This document shows positions 47,362 to 58,009 of a stretch of 64,000 nucleotides of DNA, one piece after another; the first letter of the stretch is position 1; each line of letters begins with the position of its first letter. The position numbers were made by a program, and so were the translations under genes. The notes under the pieces are model-generated. The model made no database searches. It had not been told where the DNA came from and was given only the letters and a program-made list of their open reading frames with translations. The stretch is taken from NCBI GenBank assembly GCA_963841735.1, contig CAWJDT010000005.1:254620-318619 (forward strand), written 5' to 3'. The DNA is from an uncultured Actinomycetes bacterium (GTDB lineage: Bacteria; Actinomycetota; Thermoleophilia; RBG-16-64-13).

Positions 47362-48489
47362 ATGAAGACCTCTCCGCGAAGCAGCGTACTCATAGACCTG
47401 GCCGCGGTCCGCCACAACGTGGCTCACCTCCGCGCCTTGCTCTCCCCCGGCTGCCGCATGATGGTGGCCGTCAAGGCCGACGGCTACGGACACGGCACTC
47501 TCCCTGTGGCGCGCGCCGCCGTCGCGGCCGGCGCACAAGGGGTCGCCGTGGCTACCGCCGAGGAGGCGGTGGCCCTGCGCGAAGCGGGGTTCACCGGGAT
47601 GGTGCTGGTGATGGGCCCCCTCTACAGCTTGGACCAGTACGAGGAGATGGCCCGCCAGGGAGTCGACTTCGCCGTGGTCAGCGATCACATGGCCGCCGTC
47701 CTGCCCAGCCTGAGGGACTCCGGGCTGAAGGCGAGAGTGCATCTCAAGGTCGACAGCGGCATGAACCGGCAAGGACTGTTCCCCGAGGACATCGGGGCCT
47801 TTCTGGACGCCATCCGTGGTATCCCTGAGATAGAGCTGGTGGGGGTCATGACCCACTTTGCCTGCGTCACCGAGGATCCCGCCACCGTCGCCTTCCAACT
47901 CGGCCGGTTCCTCCCGGCCGTGGAGAGGGTGCGGCGGGAGTGGCCGGGCGCCATCGCGCACGCGGCCAACAGCGCCGCCACTGTCTGTTCCAGAGAATCC
48001 CACCTGGATATGGTCCGCTGTGGCTGCGCGGTCTACGGACTCTCTCCATGGCAGAAAGACCCTCTGGCCGAAGGACTCGTCCCCGTGCTCACCTGGCGGT
48101 CGCAGGTAGCCCTGGTCAAACGAGTGGCGCCGGGCGAAGGGGTCGGCTACGGCCACACCTTCCGCGCGGACAGGCCTACCGATGTGGCGCTGGTGCCGCT
48201 TGGCTACGGGGACGGCATATTCCGCGCCCTGAGCAACCAGGGCGAGGTCCTCATCAACGGCAGACGCTACCCGGTGGCCGGCCGGGTGTCCATGGACTCT
48301 TTCGGCGTCGACGTCGGCAGCGACGGCCAAGTCAGGGTCGGCGACACGGTGACCCTCATCGGCGCCGACGGCGCAGAACGCATCACCGTGGAAGAAGTCG
48401 CCCACAGGCTGGACACCATCAACTACGAGATCACCTGCGACATCGCCCTCGACCGGTCGGAGCGGGTGTTCCTGAACGACCAGGACTGA
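47362..48489 (+). CDS. alr: alanine racemase
   Basis: AVKADGYGHG PLP motif, HLKVDSGMNR, GYGDG, GRVSMD, TINYE. Confidence 0.97.
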   Translation: MKTSPRSSVLIDLAAVRHNVAHLRALLSPGCRMMVAVKADGYGHGTLPVARAAVAAGAQGVAVATAEEAVALREAGFTGMVLVMGPLYSLDQYEEMARQGVDFAVVSDHMAAVLPSLRDSGLKARVHLKVDSGMNRQGLFPEDIGAFLDAIRGIPEIELVGVMTHFACVTEDPATVAFQLGRFLPAVERVRREWPGAIAHAANSAATVCSRESHLDMVRCGCAVYGLSPWQKDPLAEGLVPVLTWRSQVALVKRVAPGEGVGYGHTFRADRPTDVALVPLGYGDGIFRALSNQGEVLINGRRYPVAGRVSMDSFGVDVGSDGQVRVGDTVTLIGADGAERITVEEVAHRLDTINYEITCDIALDRSERVFLNDQD

Positions 48490-48615
48490 CCGCCGCCCCG
48501 CGGTTGGGATTCATCTCCTATGGGAACCTTCCGATGGAGATGATAGGACGCAGCGAAGCGCCCGCAACAGGCGATCCCGGCGCGACGGCCGCAAGCGGCG
48601 ACAAGGGACGGCGGC

Positions 48616-49522
48616 ATGCTCATCAAGGATGAGTTCTACAGGGCAGTGCTCGACAAGATCAGCGACGGGGTCTACGTGTGCGACCGCGACCGCCGCATCG
48701 TCTACTGGAGCCCCGGGGCCGAGCGCATCACCGGTTACCAGGCCGATGAAGTCCGAGGTTCATCCTGCGGCGACGGGCTTCTCATGCACGTGGACGAGAG
48801 CGGCAAAGCCCTTTGCGGAGACGGATGCCCGCTGAGTCGCCGCCATGGCCGGTGAGGCCCCCGAGGCCCGGGTCTATCTGCATCACAAGAGCGGCCACCG
48901 GGTTCCCGTCTGGGTGCGCGCTACCGCCGTTCACGACAAGGACGGGCAGGTGGAGGGGACTGTGGAGGTCTTCTCCGACAACTCGCTGCTTGTCGAGGCC
49001 CTCAGGCAAGTCGAGGAGTTGAGCGTCGAAGTCGAGACCGACCCCCTCACCGGACTGGGCAACCGTCGGAGCATGCTGGCCAGACTCGACGCCTATAGAG
49101 CCGAGAGACGCCGGCTGGAAGCTGCCGCCGGCGTGCTCTTCATCGACATCGACCACTTCAAGCATGTCAACGACACGTATGGCCACGAGATCGGTGACCG
49201 GGTGCTAAAGATGGTGGCCGAGACCATGAGGCAGAACGTGAGATCGTCGGACTGGGCGGCACGCTGGGGAGGAGAGGAATTCCTGGTGCTCCTCCCACAC
49301 GTCGACTCGGAGGGCCTCCTGTCGATGGGGGAAAAGCTGCGCATCCTGGTCGCCAATTCGTTCTTGACCATCGACCAGGGCAAAGAAGTGCGCGTTACCA
49401 TCTCCCTGGGCGGAACCCTCTTCCGCCCCGGCGACACGAGCAAGACGGTGGTCGCCAGGGCCGACCGCCTGCTCTACGAGAGCAAGTCCAAGGGGCGCAA
49501 CCGCACTACCTGGGCCGCCTAG
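48616..49522 (+). CDS. PAS-GGDEF diguanylate cyclase (apparent frameshift near 48840)
   Basis: PAS domain split over two ORFs. DPLTGLGNR, DIDHFKHVNDTYGH, RWGGEEF. Confidence 0.88.
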
Positions 49523-50205
49523 CCCGGCAGATCCTTTCCGCACGACCGGCAGAACGCGTCATCGGGCTCGGTGGCGGCCCCGCAAGCAGTACAACGTGTC
49601 TCAGCCCAAGGCTGTGCCGGAGGGCCGACTCGTTGCCCGCACGAGCGGCAGAACCCATCGCCGGCGGCAAAGGGCGTGCCGCAGGCGGCGCACCGCAAAG
49701 CCGCCCCGAATTGCGGCCCGTAGGCACCCGGCCCGCCTGGATACCCCGGCGACGGGGATGGGCGATTGCTATGACCGGGTGGCACGGCCCAGACTTCCAA
49801 CCGATGCTTGAGGCCGTTGGTCTTCACCCAGTAGATGATCCAGCACACGAACCCGCCGAGCCCGGCCAGAGAGGCGATCACTGAAGTCGAGAAGGTGGGG
49901 ATCCAGTCCACCACCCAGGCGGCCGGCATCAATACTGCGAAGGCCATGCCCACGCCGTAGCCGAGATCACCCTGAGATAGCAGGCCGCGGGTCTGGTATT
50001 CGGCCTGGACCGAGTCCCTGACCTTGATGACCGTGTATATGATCCAGCCGAAGTTGAAGACGGGGATGAAGTTCAGCCACACGTGTCCGGGCGGCATCGC
50101 CCGATTCTGAGGACTCACCCGGTTCAGAAGATCGCGCAGGTTCCGCAGGAAGAAGAACCCGACAAGGAACGCGACCCCCAAGTAGAGCAGGGCGAAGAAC
50201 ACCAC
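49519..50205 (-). CDS. membrane protein with C-terminal double zinc ribbons
   Basis: WLNFIPVFN TM region and two CxxCG...FCRSCG units. Confidence 0.8.
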   Translation of the reverse strand: MVFFALLYLGVAFLVGFFFLRNLRDLLNRVSPQNRAMPPGHVWLNFIPVFNFGWIIYTVIKVRDSVQAEYQTRGLLSQGDLGYGVGMAFAVLMPAAWVVDWIPTFSTSVIASLAGLGGFVCWIIYWVKTNGLKHRLEVWAVPPGHSNRPSPSPGYPGGPGAYGPQFGAALRCAACGTPFAAGDGFCRSCGQRVGPPAQPWAETRCTACGAATEPDDAFCRSCGKDLPG

Positions 50206-50376
50206 CCAAAGAATCAGTCCCAGGCCCCAGACCCGTCAAAGTCCCAACTGTTCAACATGCCACCCCTCCCCTAACGTGACATCACCCAAGTCTGTCTGAC
50301 CAGCCGATGCGGGTGAGGCCCGGCGCACGCCGAGCGTCACCGCGAACGTCTTTCTCTGAGCCCGAACCTGCTCGCT

Positions 50377-51827
50377 CTACTTGACGGCGGCAACTGCCTT
50401 GTCGCGCGCGTCCTCCAGCATCTTCAGTTCGGGAGTCTTGATGAACTCGTTCTTCTGCAGCAGGTCGATGATGGCCCGCGTTTCTTTGACGTCGGCCAGG
50501 GTGGTGTTGTAGACCTCGTCCCAGGTCAGCTCGACCCGGGCCACCCCGTCCTTGATGGCCTGCATGGCCACGTCGGCCGCCTCCACGGCGAAGACCTCGG
50601 TCTCCTGCATGCTGGGCATGATGTAGTCGGGGCTGAGGCCCTTCTTCTCGGCGAAGTTGGCCACGGCGTGGGCGGCGGCGATGGCCATGCTCGTCGGTGA
50701 TCTTGCGGGCCCGCACCAAGAGAGCGCCCTTGAGGATGCCCGGGAAGCCGATGGAGTTGTTCACCTGGTTGGGGAAGTCGCCCCGGCCGGTCGCCACGAC
50801 GTAGGCACCCGCTTCCTTGGCGGCGTACGGGTAGATCTCGGGCACCGGGTTGGCGCAGGCGAACACGATGGACTTCGGCGCCATGGACTGGATCCACTCC
50901 GGCTTGATGGCTCCGGGCTGGGACGCCCCGATGACGACGTCGGCGCCCTTGAAGGCCTCTGCCTCGGTGTCGATGCGCTTCGGGTTGGTGGCCTCGCAGA
51001 TCTCCCACTTGCGGTAGAAGGCGGTGTCGGCCTTGACGTCGTCGCGGCCCTTGTGGAGGCCGCCCTTGGTGTCGAACACGATCATCTTCTCGGGATCGAC
51101 CCCGTCGGTCAGGAGCAGCCGGGCGATGGTGCTGTTGGCGGCGCCGGCGCCTATGAGGACCACCTTGGCGTCTTTGAGCTCCTTGCCCACCACCCGCAGA
51201 GCGTTGATGAGACCGGCCAGCGTCACGCTGGCGGTGCCCTGGGCGTCATCGTGCCACACCGGGATGTCGCACTCTTCGCGCAGGGTGTCGAGCACCTTGA
51301 AGCAGTTGGGCTGGCTGATGTCTTCCAGGTTGACCGCGCCGAAAGAAGGCTCGAGCATTTTTACAAATTCGATGATCTTGTCGGGGTCGTGCTTGCCCTG
51401 CTTTGTTGTAGCTGTTGACGCAGAGCGCCACGCCGTCGACGCCGCCCAGGTACTTCATGAGGAAGGCCTTGCCCTCCATGACGCCCAGGCCGCCGGGAGG
51501 GGTCACGTCGCCGTCGCCCAGCACGCGGGTGGAGTCGGAGACCACCGCCACCAGGTTGCCCCGGTTGCTGAGATCGAACGAGGCGTCGTTATTGTCCCGG
51601 ATGGTCGTCGAGACCATGGACACGCCCGGCGTGTAGTAGACGTTGAACCAGTTGAAGCCGTAGATGCCGGCCTTCGGCATGGTCACCGTCTTGCCCCGGT
51701 AGAACTTGTGAGCGGTAGCCGCGAGCTCTTTCAGGAAGATGGTCTGAGCCTTGGCCCTCTGCTCCGGGGTGAAATCGTCGGGGAAATACGAGCCGAGGTC
51801 GGAGAGGCTGAGGTCGGGCGTCTTCAT
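50377..51827 (-). CDS. NAD(P)-dependent malic enzyme (two apparent frameshifts)
   Basis: YYTPGVS, VMEGKA, NLEDI, HDDAQGT, GAGAA, ANPVPEI, ATGRGDFPNQVNN across three ORFs. Confidence 0.92.
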
Positions 51828-52006
51828 TGTGATCGCTCCCAGGGTCGCGTAGTCGAACAACCCGCCGACGACCGGCCGCCGACGGTCAGAATCCGTAAGT
51901 CATCATAACATCCGTTCTCTCCGGGTGGCCCTGGCGCGGCCGGGCGCGGACGGCGTCGGGGCCCGGCCATGTCGACAGAATCCCCTGCACCTAGTACGAT
52001 GCCCCA

Positions 52007-52628
52007 ATGATTCAACGCACCATGGACAAGATCGTGATGAAGGCCTTCCTGTGGGCCTTTCCCTCCTGGGTGCGGCCCAACCACCTGACGGTCCTGAGGC
52101 TGCTGCTCATTCCCGTCATCCTGCTGTTGCTCTACTTCGAGTACCGGTGGTGGGCGCTGGGAGTGTTCGTCGCGGCCATGTGCACCGATTTCATCGACGG
52201 CACTATGGCCCGCCAGCGCCGTCAGATCAGCACCTTCGGAGTCTATGTGGACCCAATCGCCGACAAACTGCTGGTGGGCGCGGTGCTTGCCTGGGTGGGG
52301 TACCACGATCTAGTGGTGCAGATCTTCCTGGCCTTCATCGTTCTCGAACTCGTGTTCACCGCCGTCGGTGCAAGCGTCCTTCTGAAGACGGGCAGTTCCA
52401 GCCCCTCCAATATCTTCGGCAAGGCCAAGATGACGGTGCAGAGCGTTGCGCTGTTCTTGTTTCTCCTAGCGGGCATCCTCGACCTGGACACGCTGTTGGA
52501 TGTGTCCCGTTATCATGCTGTGGCTGGCCCTGGCCCTAGCCGTGGTCTCGGGGGCCAAGCAGATCTTCGACGTCGTGCGCAAACGACCTCCGTCGAGCAA
52601 CCAGGAGACCGTGAGCGATGGATCGTAG
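52007..52628 (+). CDS. CDP-alcohol phosphatidyltransferase (apparent frameshift near 52512)
   Basis: PNHLTVLR and D..DG..AR...S.FG...DPIADK signature. The last TM is in a shifted frame ending TAG 52628. Confidence 0.88.
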
Positions 52629-54586
52629 CCGCACAGATAGCCGCGGGCGCGGCACCAGCAGGCCCAGCGTCCTCACCGCCGGATCCTCCAACCGAAAGAC
52701 AAGCCGCTCCCGGCCGAAGTCCGGCTCCAAGGCGCCCGCACTCTCTCCGTCCGGGTCGACTCCACGACCCACCAGTCGTTCCTCGTCCGCGCCCCACTCC
52801 GGCCCGACCCGGAGGCCGACACGCTCCGCGCGCTCGATCAAGATCCGACGTCTGGTCCTGCTCGGCGTCGGCGCGCGGTCCTGACGCTGGCCCTGCTGGT
52901 CGTCATCGACTCCAGCCTCTCCTACAACAAGATCCACGAGGGAGTCAACATCTCCGGACAGAGCATGGCTGGTCTCACCCGCGATGAAGCCGCGGCCGCC
53001 CTCACCCGGTACGTCGACACCGCTGAGAAACAGCCGATCACTCTAGTGAGCGGCAACAGCACCTGGAAGGTCATGCCCGAAGACGTCGGAATCAGCATCG
53101 ACATCACCGGCACGGTGGAGACCGCGATGCAGGTGACCCGCAAGAGCAACTTGCTTGTCGATTTTGGGCGGCGCTTGAGGACTCTACTCCAGCTCGACTG
53201 ACGTGCCGCTGCAGGGCACGGTCGACATCGCCAAGATGGATACCGTCATATCCGATGTGGCCGGTGACCTCGATCTACCGCCGGTCGATGCCGGTCTGGC
53301 TGTCGATGACAACGGATCCATCAGCATGATCGAGGCGCAGAGCGGTTGGGTGGTCGACCGAGCCCGCACTGCAAGAGCAGCTCAGCGGACTGCTGTTCAC
53401 CCTTCACGCTACCGAGTTCGAGATCCCCATGATGGTCAAGGAGGCGGAGGTCAAGGCCGACCAAGAGACCACGGCCTTGGAACAGGCCAAGACCATCCTC
53501 GGAGCACCTATGACCCTCACCTACAAGGACAAGACCTGGACCTTCTCCCCCAAGCAGATCGCCACCTATCTGGGTTTCAGCTCCAAGATCGTGGCAGGGA
53601 TCTCCACCCTGGTGCCTTACGTCTCGGCGGACAAGATGAGCCCGTTGTTCACCGAGATCTCCGCCGAAGTCGGCACGCAGCCGGTGGATGCCACCTTCGA
53701 GAGCGACGGAACCCAGGCCTGGGTGGTCCCTGGGGTCAACGGCGAAGTGCTCGACCCTGAGAAGACCGCGGCCGCCCTTACGGCCGCCACCCTCAAGACG
53801 AGCGGACGGACGGCGGAGGTAGTCCTTGTGACGAAGGAGCCCGACCGCACCACCGCGGACGCCCAGGCAATGGGTATCAAAGACAAGCTGGGACCGGGAT
53901 ACACCACCATATGGGACGGCGGCACTTGGGAGAGAGCTGAGAACGTAAGGGTGGCCACAGGATATGTGACCGACGTGCTGGTTCGCCCAGGCGATGTGTA
54001 CGACTTCGAGAGAGAGATCGGCCCCCGCACCGAAGAGCGGGGATTCCAGCTGGCGAAGGGCATAACCGGGCCGGGCAAGCTGGAGGACGTGCTGGGGGGC
54101 GGCATCTGCCAGGTATCCACCACCCTGTTCAACGCCGCCTTCTTGGCCGGTCTGGCCATTGTGGAGCGCCATAACCATTCCCTCTACATCGAACACTATC
54201 CCCTGGGTAGAGACGCAACGGTGACGGTGGGCGCCAACATGCGCTTCAAGAACGATACCGACAATTGGATCTTGGTCCGCGGAACCTCCACCGGCATCAG
54301 AACCACCTTCAATATCTACGGCACCGATGACGGCCGCCAGGTCAGCTTTACCACCGGCGAACTCTATGACGTAGTGCCGACAGTGGTGGTCAGTGCCACC
54401 AACACTTCGCTGGAGTGGATGAAGATGAATATCGCCTATGAGGGTCAACCGGGCGGAAGGATCATGGTGGACCGCACCGTCACGTGGCCGGACGGCACGG
54501 AGAAGAAGGACCAGTTGGAAAGCTACTGGAAGATGCTCCCCAGGCAGATCGAGTGGGGCTACGGCCCAACGGCTGGCTCCAACTAG
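52618..54586 (+). CDS. VanW/YoaR-family protein with peptidoglycan-binding repeats (several apparent frameshifts)
   Basis: GGGICQVSTTLFNA, ERHNHS, YPLGRDATV. The upstream ORFs give the TM and PG_binding_4-like segments. Confidence 0.85.
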
Positions 54587-54713
54587 CCGGTCTCCATTAC
54601 ATTATTGAGCTCGATGTACTAACCTTGACGCACAATCGCGCCCCGACACCGGGGCGCGATTGTGCGACTGAGCGTCATCGGCACTTAGCCAAGCACACGA
54701 ATAGGAGATATTA

Positions 54714-56051
54714 GTGAGCGCGAGTGTGGAGATCGGCCAGCAGCTGGGCTTCTGGACCCTTGCCCCTTTCGCCTGCATGCTGGTCGCGGTGGCGATCATG
54801 CCTTTGGTCTGCGGGTGCTGGTTTGAACGCAACTGGAACAAGGGCATCGTGGCCTTGGTGTTGGGCGTACCCACGGTGGTGTATCTCATCGCCCACTTTG
54901 GTCACACCGGCCTGGAGTTGGCTGCGGAGACGGGTCACGAATACGTTTCGTTCATCGTCCTTCTCTTCGCGCTGTTCACGGTCTCCGGAGGCATCTATCT
55001 CACCGGTAACCTAGTCGCCACTCCGCGTCACAATCTCGCGTTCCTCGCCGTCGGCGCCGTGCTGGCCAGTTTCATCGGCACCATGGGAGCCTCGATGGTG
55101 CTCATCCGCCCCCTCCTGAGAGCCAACTCTGAGCGCAAGTACGCCAAGCACACGGTGGTCTTCTTCATTTTCGCCGTCAGCAACATGGGTGGGCTGTTGA
55201 CCCCGCTGGGCGACCCGCCCCTCTTCTTGGGCTTTCTGCGCGGGGTGCCGTTTACTTGGACCTTCGGTCTGTGGGCCGAGTGGCTGACGAGCGTTGGACT
55301 TGTGTTGCTGGCGTACATGGCCTTCGAGTTCTACTACCACCGCAAGGAACCCGAGGCGGCAATACGCGCCGACGTGGCCGACTACGTGCCCATGCGGATC
55401 AAGGGCTGGTTCAACGCGATCCCCCTGGCCCTTGTGATAGTCGCGGTGCTGCTCTCCAACACCTTGAAGGATGCCGGCGATGCCATCCACTTCCCGTTTG
55501 TCCGCGAAGTCATCCTGGTGGCCCTGGCCATCGTCTCGCTAACGGTAGGTCCTCGAGGGCCCCGAGCGGCCAACCATTTCCACTGGAGTCCCATGATCGA
55601 AGTGGGCGTGCTTTTTGCCGGCATCTTCGCCACCATGATCCCAGCGCTTGCGCTACTGCAGGCACGTGGCGCCTCCATAGGAATAACGCAGGCGTGGCAG
55701 TACTTCTGGGCAACGGGCGGGCTCTCGGCGTTCCTCGACAACGCCCCCACGTACCTAGCCTTCACCTCGGTGGCCCAGGGACAGGTTGGAGCGGACTCCG
55801 TGGGTGCGCTCACCGCATCGGGAGTGATCCCCAGCCTCGGCTTCTCCCCCGCCGCCTTCCTAGCCGCCATATCGTGCGGAGCGGTGATGCTGGGCGCCAT
55901 GACATACATAGGCAACGCCCCCAACTTCGCGGTGAAATGCATCGCCGAAAAGTCGGGCCTCAAGATGCCCTCTTTCTTCGGCTATATGAAGTACTCATTG
56001 GCGGTGCTGGTGCCTATCTTCGCCATCATCACGGTCATCTTCTTCCTCTAG
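54714..56051 (+). CDS. putative Na+/H+ antiporter (ion transporter superfamily)
   Basis: Multi-TM. SNMGGLLTPLGDPPLFLG, LDNAPTY, TYIGNAPNF. AGGAG RBS. Confidence 0.88.
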   Translation: MSASVEIGQQLGFWTLAPFACMLVAVAIMPLVCGCWFERNWNKGIVALVLGVPTVVYLIAHFGHTGLELAAETGHEYVSFIVLLFALFTVSGGIYLTGNLVATPRHNLAFLAVGAVLASFIGTMGASMVLIRPLLRANSERKYAKHTVVFFIFAVSNMGGLLTPLGDPPLFLGFLRGVPFTWTFGLWAEWLTSVGLVLLAYMAFEFYYHRKEPEAAIRADVADYVPMRIKGWFNAIPLALVIVAVLLSNTLKDAGDAIHFPFVREVILVALAIVSLTVGPRGPRAANHFHWSPMIEVGVLFAGIFATMIPALALLQARGASIGITQAWQYFWATGGLSAFLDNAPTYLAFTSVAQGQVGADSVGALTASGVIPSLGFSPAAFLAAISCGAVMLGAMTYIGNAPNFAVKCIAEKSGLKMPSFFGYMKYSLAVLVPIFAIITVIFFL

Positions 56052-56078
56052 GCACTCAATCAAAACTCGTAGAGGTCT

Positions 56079-56107
56079 TTGACTCCGCTGGGTCTAACCC
56101 GTAGCAT
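56079..56107 (+). promoter_or_regulatory. sigma70-type promoter
   Basis: TTGACT-17 nt-TAGCAT upstream of the SPFH gene. Confidence 0.6.
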
Positions 56108-56166
56108 GGAGAGAGCGCGGCGGCACCCGAGCCTGCCGACAACACCGAGATCAAAGGGGGAGCTGT

Positions 56167-57060
56167 ATGCCCACATACGGAATCGTGATTATCGTGGTCG
56201 TAGTCGTATTCTTGTTCTTAGGAATCAGGGTTGTGCGGCCAACCCACCGAGGATTGACAGAACGCTTCGGCAAGTACAATCGCTACGCCAACCCCGGGTT
56301 CCATTGGATCTTCCCGATAGTCGAGCGGATGTTCCGGGTGGATATCCGCGAGCTGCTTGTGGACGCACAGCCCCAGATGATCATCACCAACGACAACCTG
56401 AACGCCCGGGTCGATGCCCAGGTGTATCTCAAGGTGATGGCCAATGAACAAAGCGTCAAAGCTTCCCAGTACAACGTGGCCAACTACGAGATGCAGATCG
56501 TCAACCTAGCCCGCACCACGCTCCGTAACATCATCGGGACTTTGACCCTGAAGTCGGCCAACAGCGAGCGGGGCAAGATCAACGAAGAGCTGCGCAAGAC
56601 CCTGCTCGCCGAGACGGCCAGCTGGGGCATAGAGATCCTTCGGACGGAGCTCAAAGAGATAGACCCGCCCGAGGACGTGCAGGTGACCATGAACAAAGTG
56701 GTGAAGGCCGAGAACGAAAAGGTCGCGGCCGTCGACTACGCCACCGCCTCCGAGACGCAGGCCGACGGCCAACGCCGCGCCGCGATCAAAGTCGCCGAGG
56801 GTAGCAGGCAAGCGAAGATCCTCGAAGCCGAGGGGCAGGCCCAGGCGATACAACTGGTCAACGAGGCCGCCGAGAAGTACTTCGTCGGCAACGCTCAGGT
56901 GTTGCGGAAGCTCGAGGCGGTAGAGCGGGCGCTCGTCTCGAATGCCAAGATAGTGGTACCGGCCGACACCCAGTTGATCAACGTGATAGGGGAGCTGGCC
57001 GGTGTTACGCCGATACCGCTGATGCCAAAGGCCGCGGCGCCCACGCCCGAAAAGAGATAG
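56167..57060 (+). CDS. SPFH/band 7 (stomatin/QmcA-like) protein
   Basis: N-terminal TM, ERFGKY...PG, TTLRNIIG, WGIEI and an AE-rich coiled coil. Confidence 0.93.
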   Translation: MPTYGIVIIVVVVVFLFLGIRVVRPTHRGLTERFGKYNRYANPGFHWIFPIVERMFRVDIRELLVDAQPQMIITNDNLNARVDAQVYLKVMANEQSVKASQYNVANYEMQIVNLARTTLRNIIGTLTLKSANSERGKINEELRKTLLAETASWGIEILRTELKEIDPPEDVQVTMNKVVKAENEKVAAVDYATASETQADGQRRAAIKVAEGSRQAKILEAEGQAQAIQLVNEAAEKYFVGNAQVLRKLEAVERALVSNAKIVVPADTQLINVIGELAGVTPIPLMPKAAAPTPEKR

Positions 57061-57205
57061 CGGCCACAATCTCTCTATGCAAATCGCTCCGCCCTCCCTG
57101 CCGGGGGGGCGGAGCTGGTCTGTGTTTTGGTTTTCCGATGCCCAACTCTTCGTCTTACCGAGAGAGATTCCTTCGCGCCAATAGACCCGCGGCGATGATG
57201 CCGGC

Positions 57206-58009
57206 ATGACGGCTCAGACCCAGTGGGCGCTGGTAACCGGAGCGTGCTCCGGCATAGGCCTAGGCATCGCCCGCGAGCTTGCGGCCAGAGGCTACTCGCT
57301 GGTATTGGTTAGTAACCGAGGAGCGGAGTTGAAGCAGGCCGCCAAGGATCTCGCGGCCCAGTATGAGGTGGCCGCCCACCCGGTAGTCACGGACTTGGCT
57401 AGACCTGAAGCCGCCGGAGACCTCTACAAGGAGGTGGGCCGCTTGGGAGCGGAGGTCGATGTGCTGGTGAGTAACGCCGGCATGCTCTTCTTCGGTGAGG
57501 TGGCCGAGGCCGACCCGGCTAGAGTGAACGACATGCTTCAACTGCAGGTAGTGACGCCCTCTCTGCTTGCGCACTACTTCGGCCGCGATATGCGTGCCCG
57601 CCGCCACGGACAAATACTGCTTGTCTCAAGCGCGGCCTCCTGGTGTGACTTCCCCGGCATCGCCTTCTATGGCGGCTCCAAAAGGTATCTGCGCGGTCTC
57701 GCGGCTTCGCTGCGCGAGGAGCTGCGTCCTTGGGGCGTAAGCGTTACCTGCCTAGCTCCCGGAGCCGTTGCCACCGGCCTCTATGATTGCGCGGGCGGCC
57801 CGGCCGCAGCGGCCGCGAGGGCCGGCCTACTCGGCGATCCGGCCCGCGTGGCGCGGGCCGCGGTGCGTGGCATGCTCCGCGGTAGAGCTTTGGTGCTTCC
57901 CGGCACTTCGGCGAAACTCATGGCCACGGCAACTGCGCTGACCCCGCGGTGGCTCATCCGCCTCGTCCGGTCGCGCACAGACTTCCTCCCCCGCCCGGAG
58001 AACCGGTGA
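57206..58009 (+). CDS. short-chain dehydrogenase/reductase
   Basis: TGACSGIG, SNAG, YGGSK, PGAV. Confidence 0.93.
   Translation: MTAQTQWALVTGACSGIGLGIARELAARGYSLVLVSNRGAELKQAAKDLAAQYEVAAHPVVTDLARPEAAGDLYKEVGRLGAEVDVLVSNAGMLFFGEVAEADPARVNDMLQLQVVTPSLLAHYFGRDMRARRHGQILLVSSAASWCDFPGIAFYGGSKRYLRGLAASLREELRPWGVSVTCLAPGAVATGLYDCAGGPAAAAARAGLLGDPARVARAAVRGMLRGRALVLPGTSAKLMATATALTPRWLIRLVRSRTDFLPRPENR

Noticed and set aside
45008-53450. Many frameshifts (PP2C, GGDEF, malic enzyme, CDP-alcohol transferase, VanW; also near 25930, 31255 and 32040) as pseudogenisation or programmed frameshifting
   Set aside because: Small indels cluster regionally in unrelated genes with otherwise intact motifs and no shared slippery site. 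Consensus sequencing error is the most likely cause; polishing or read inspection would decide.
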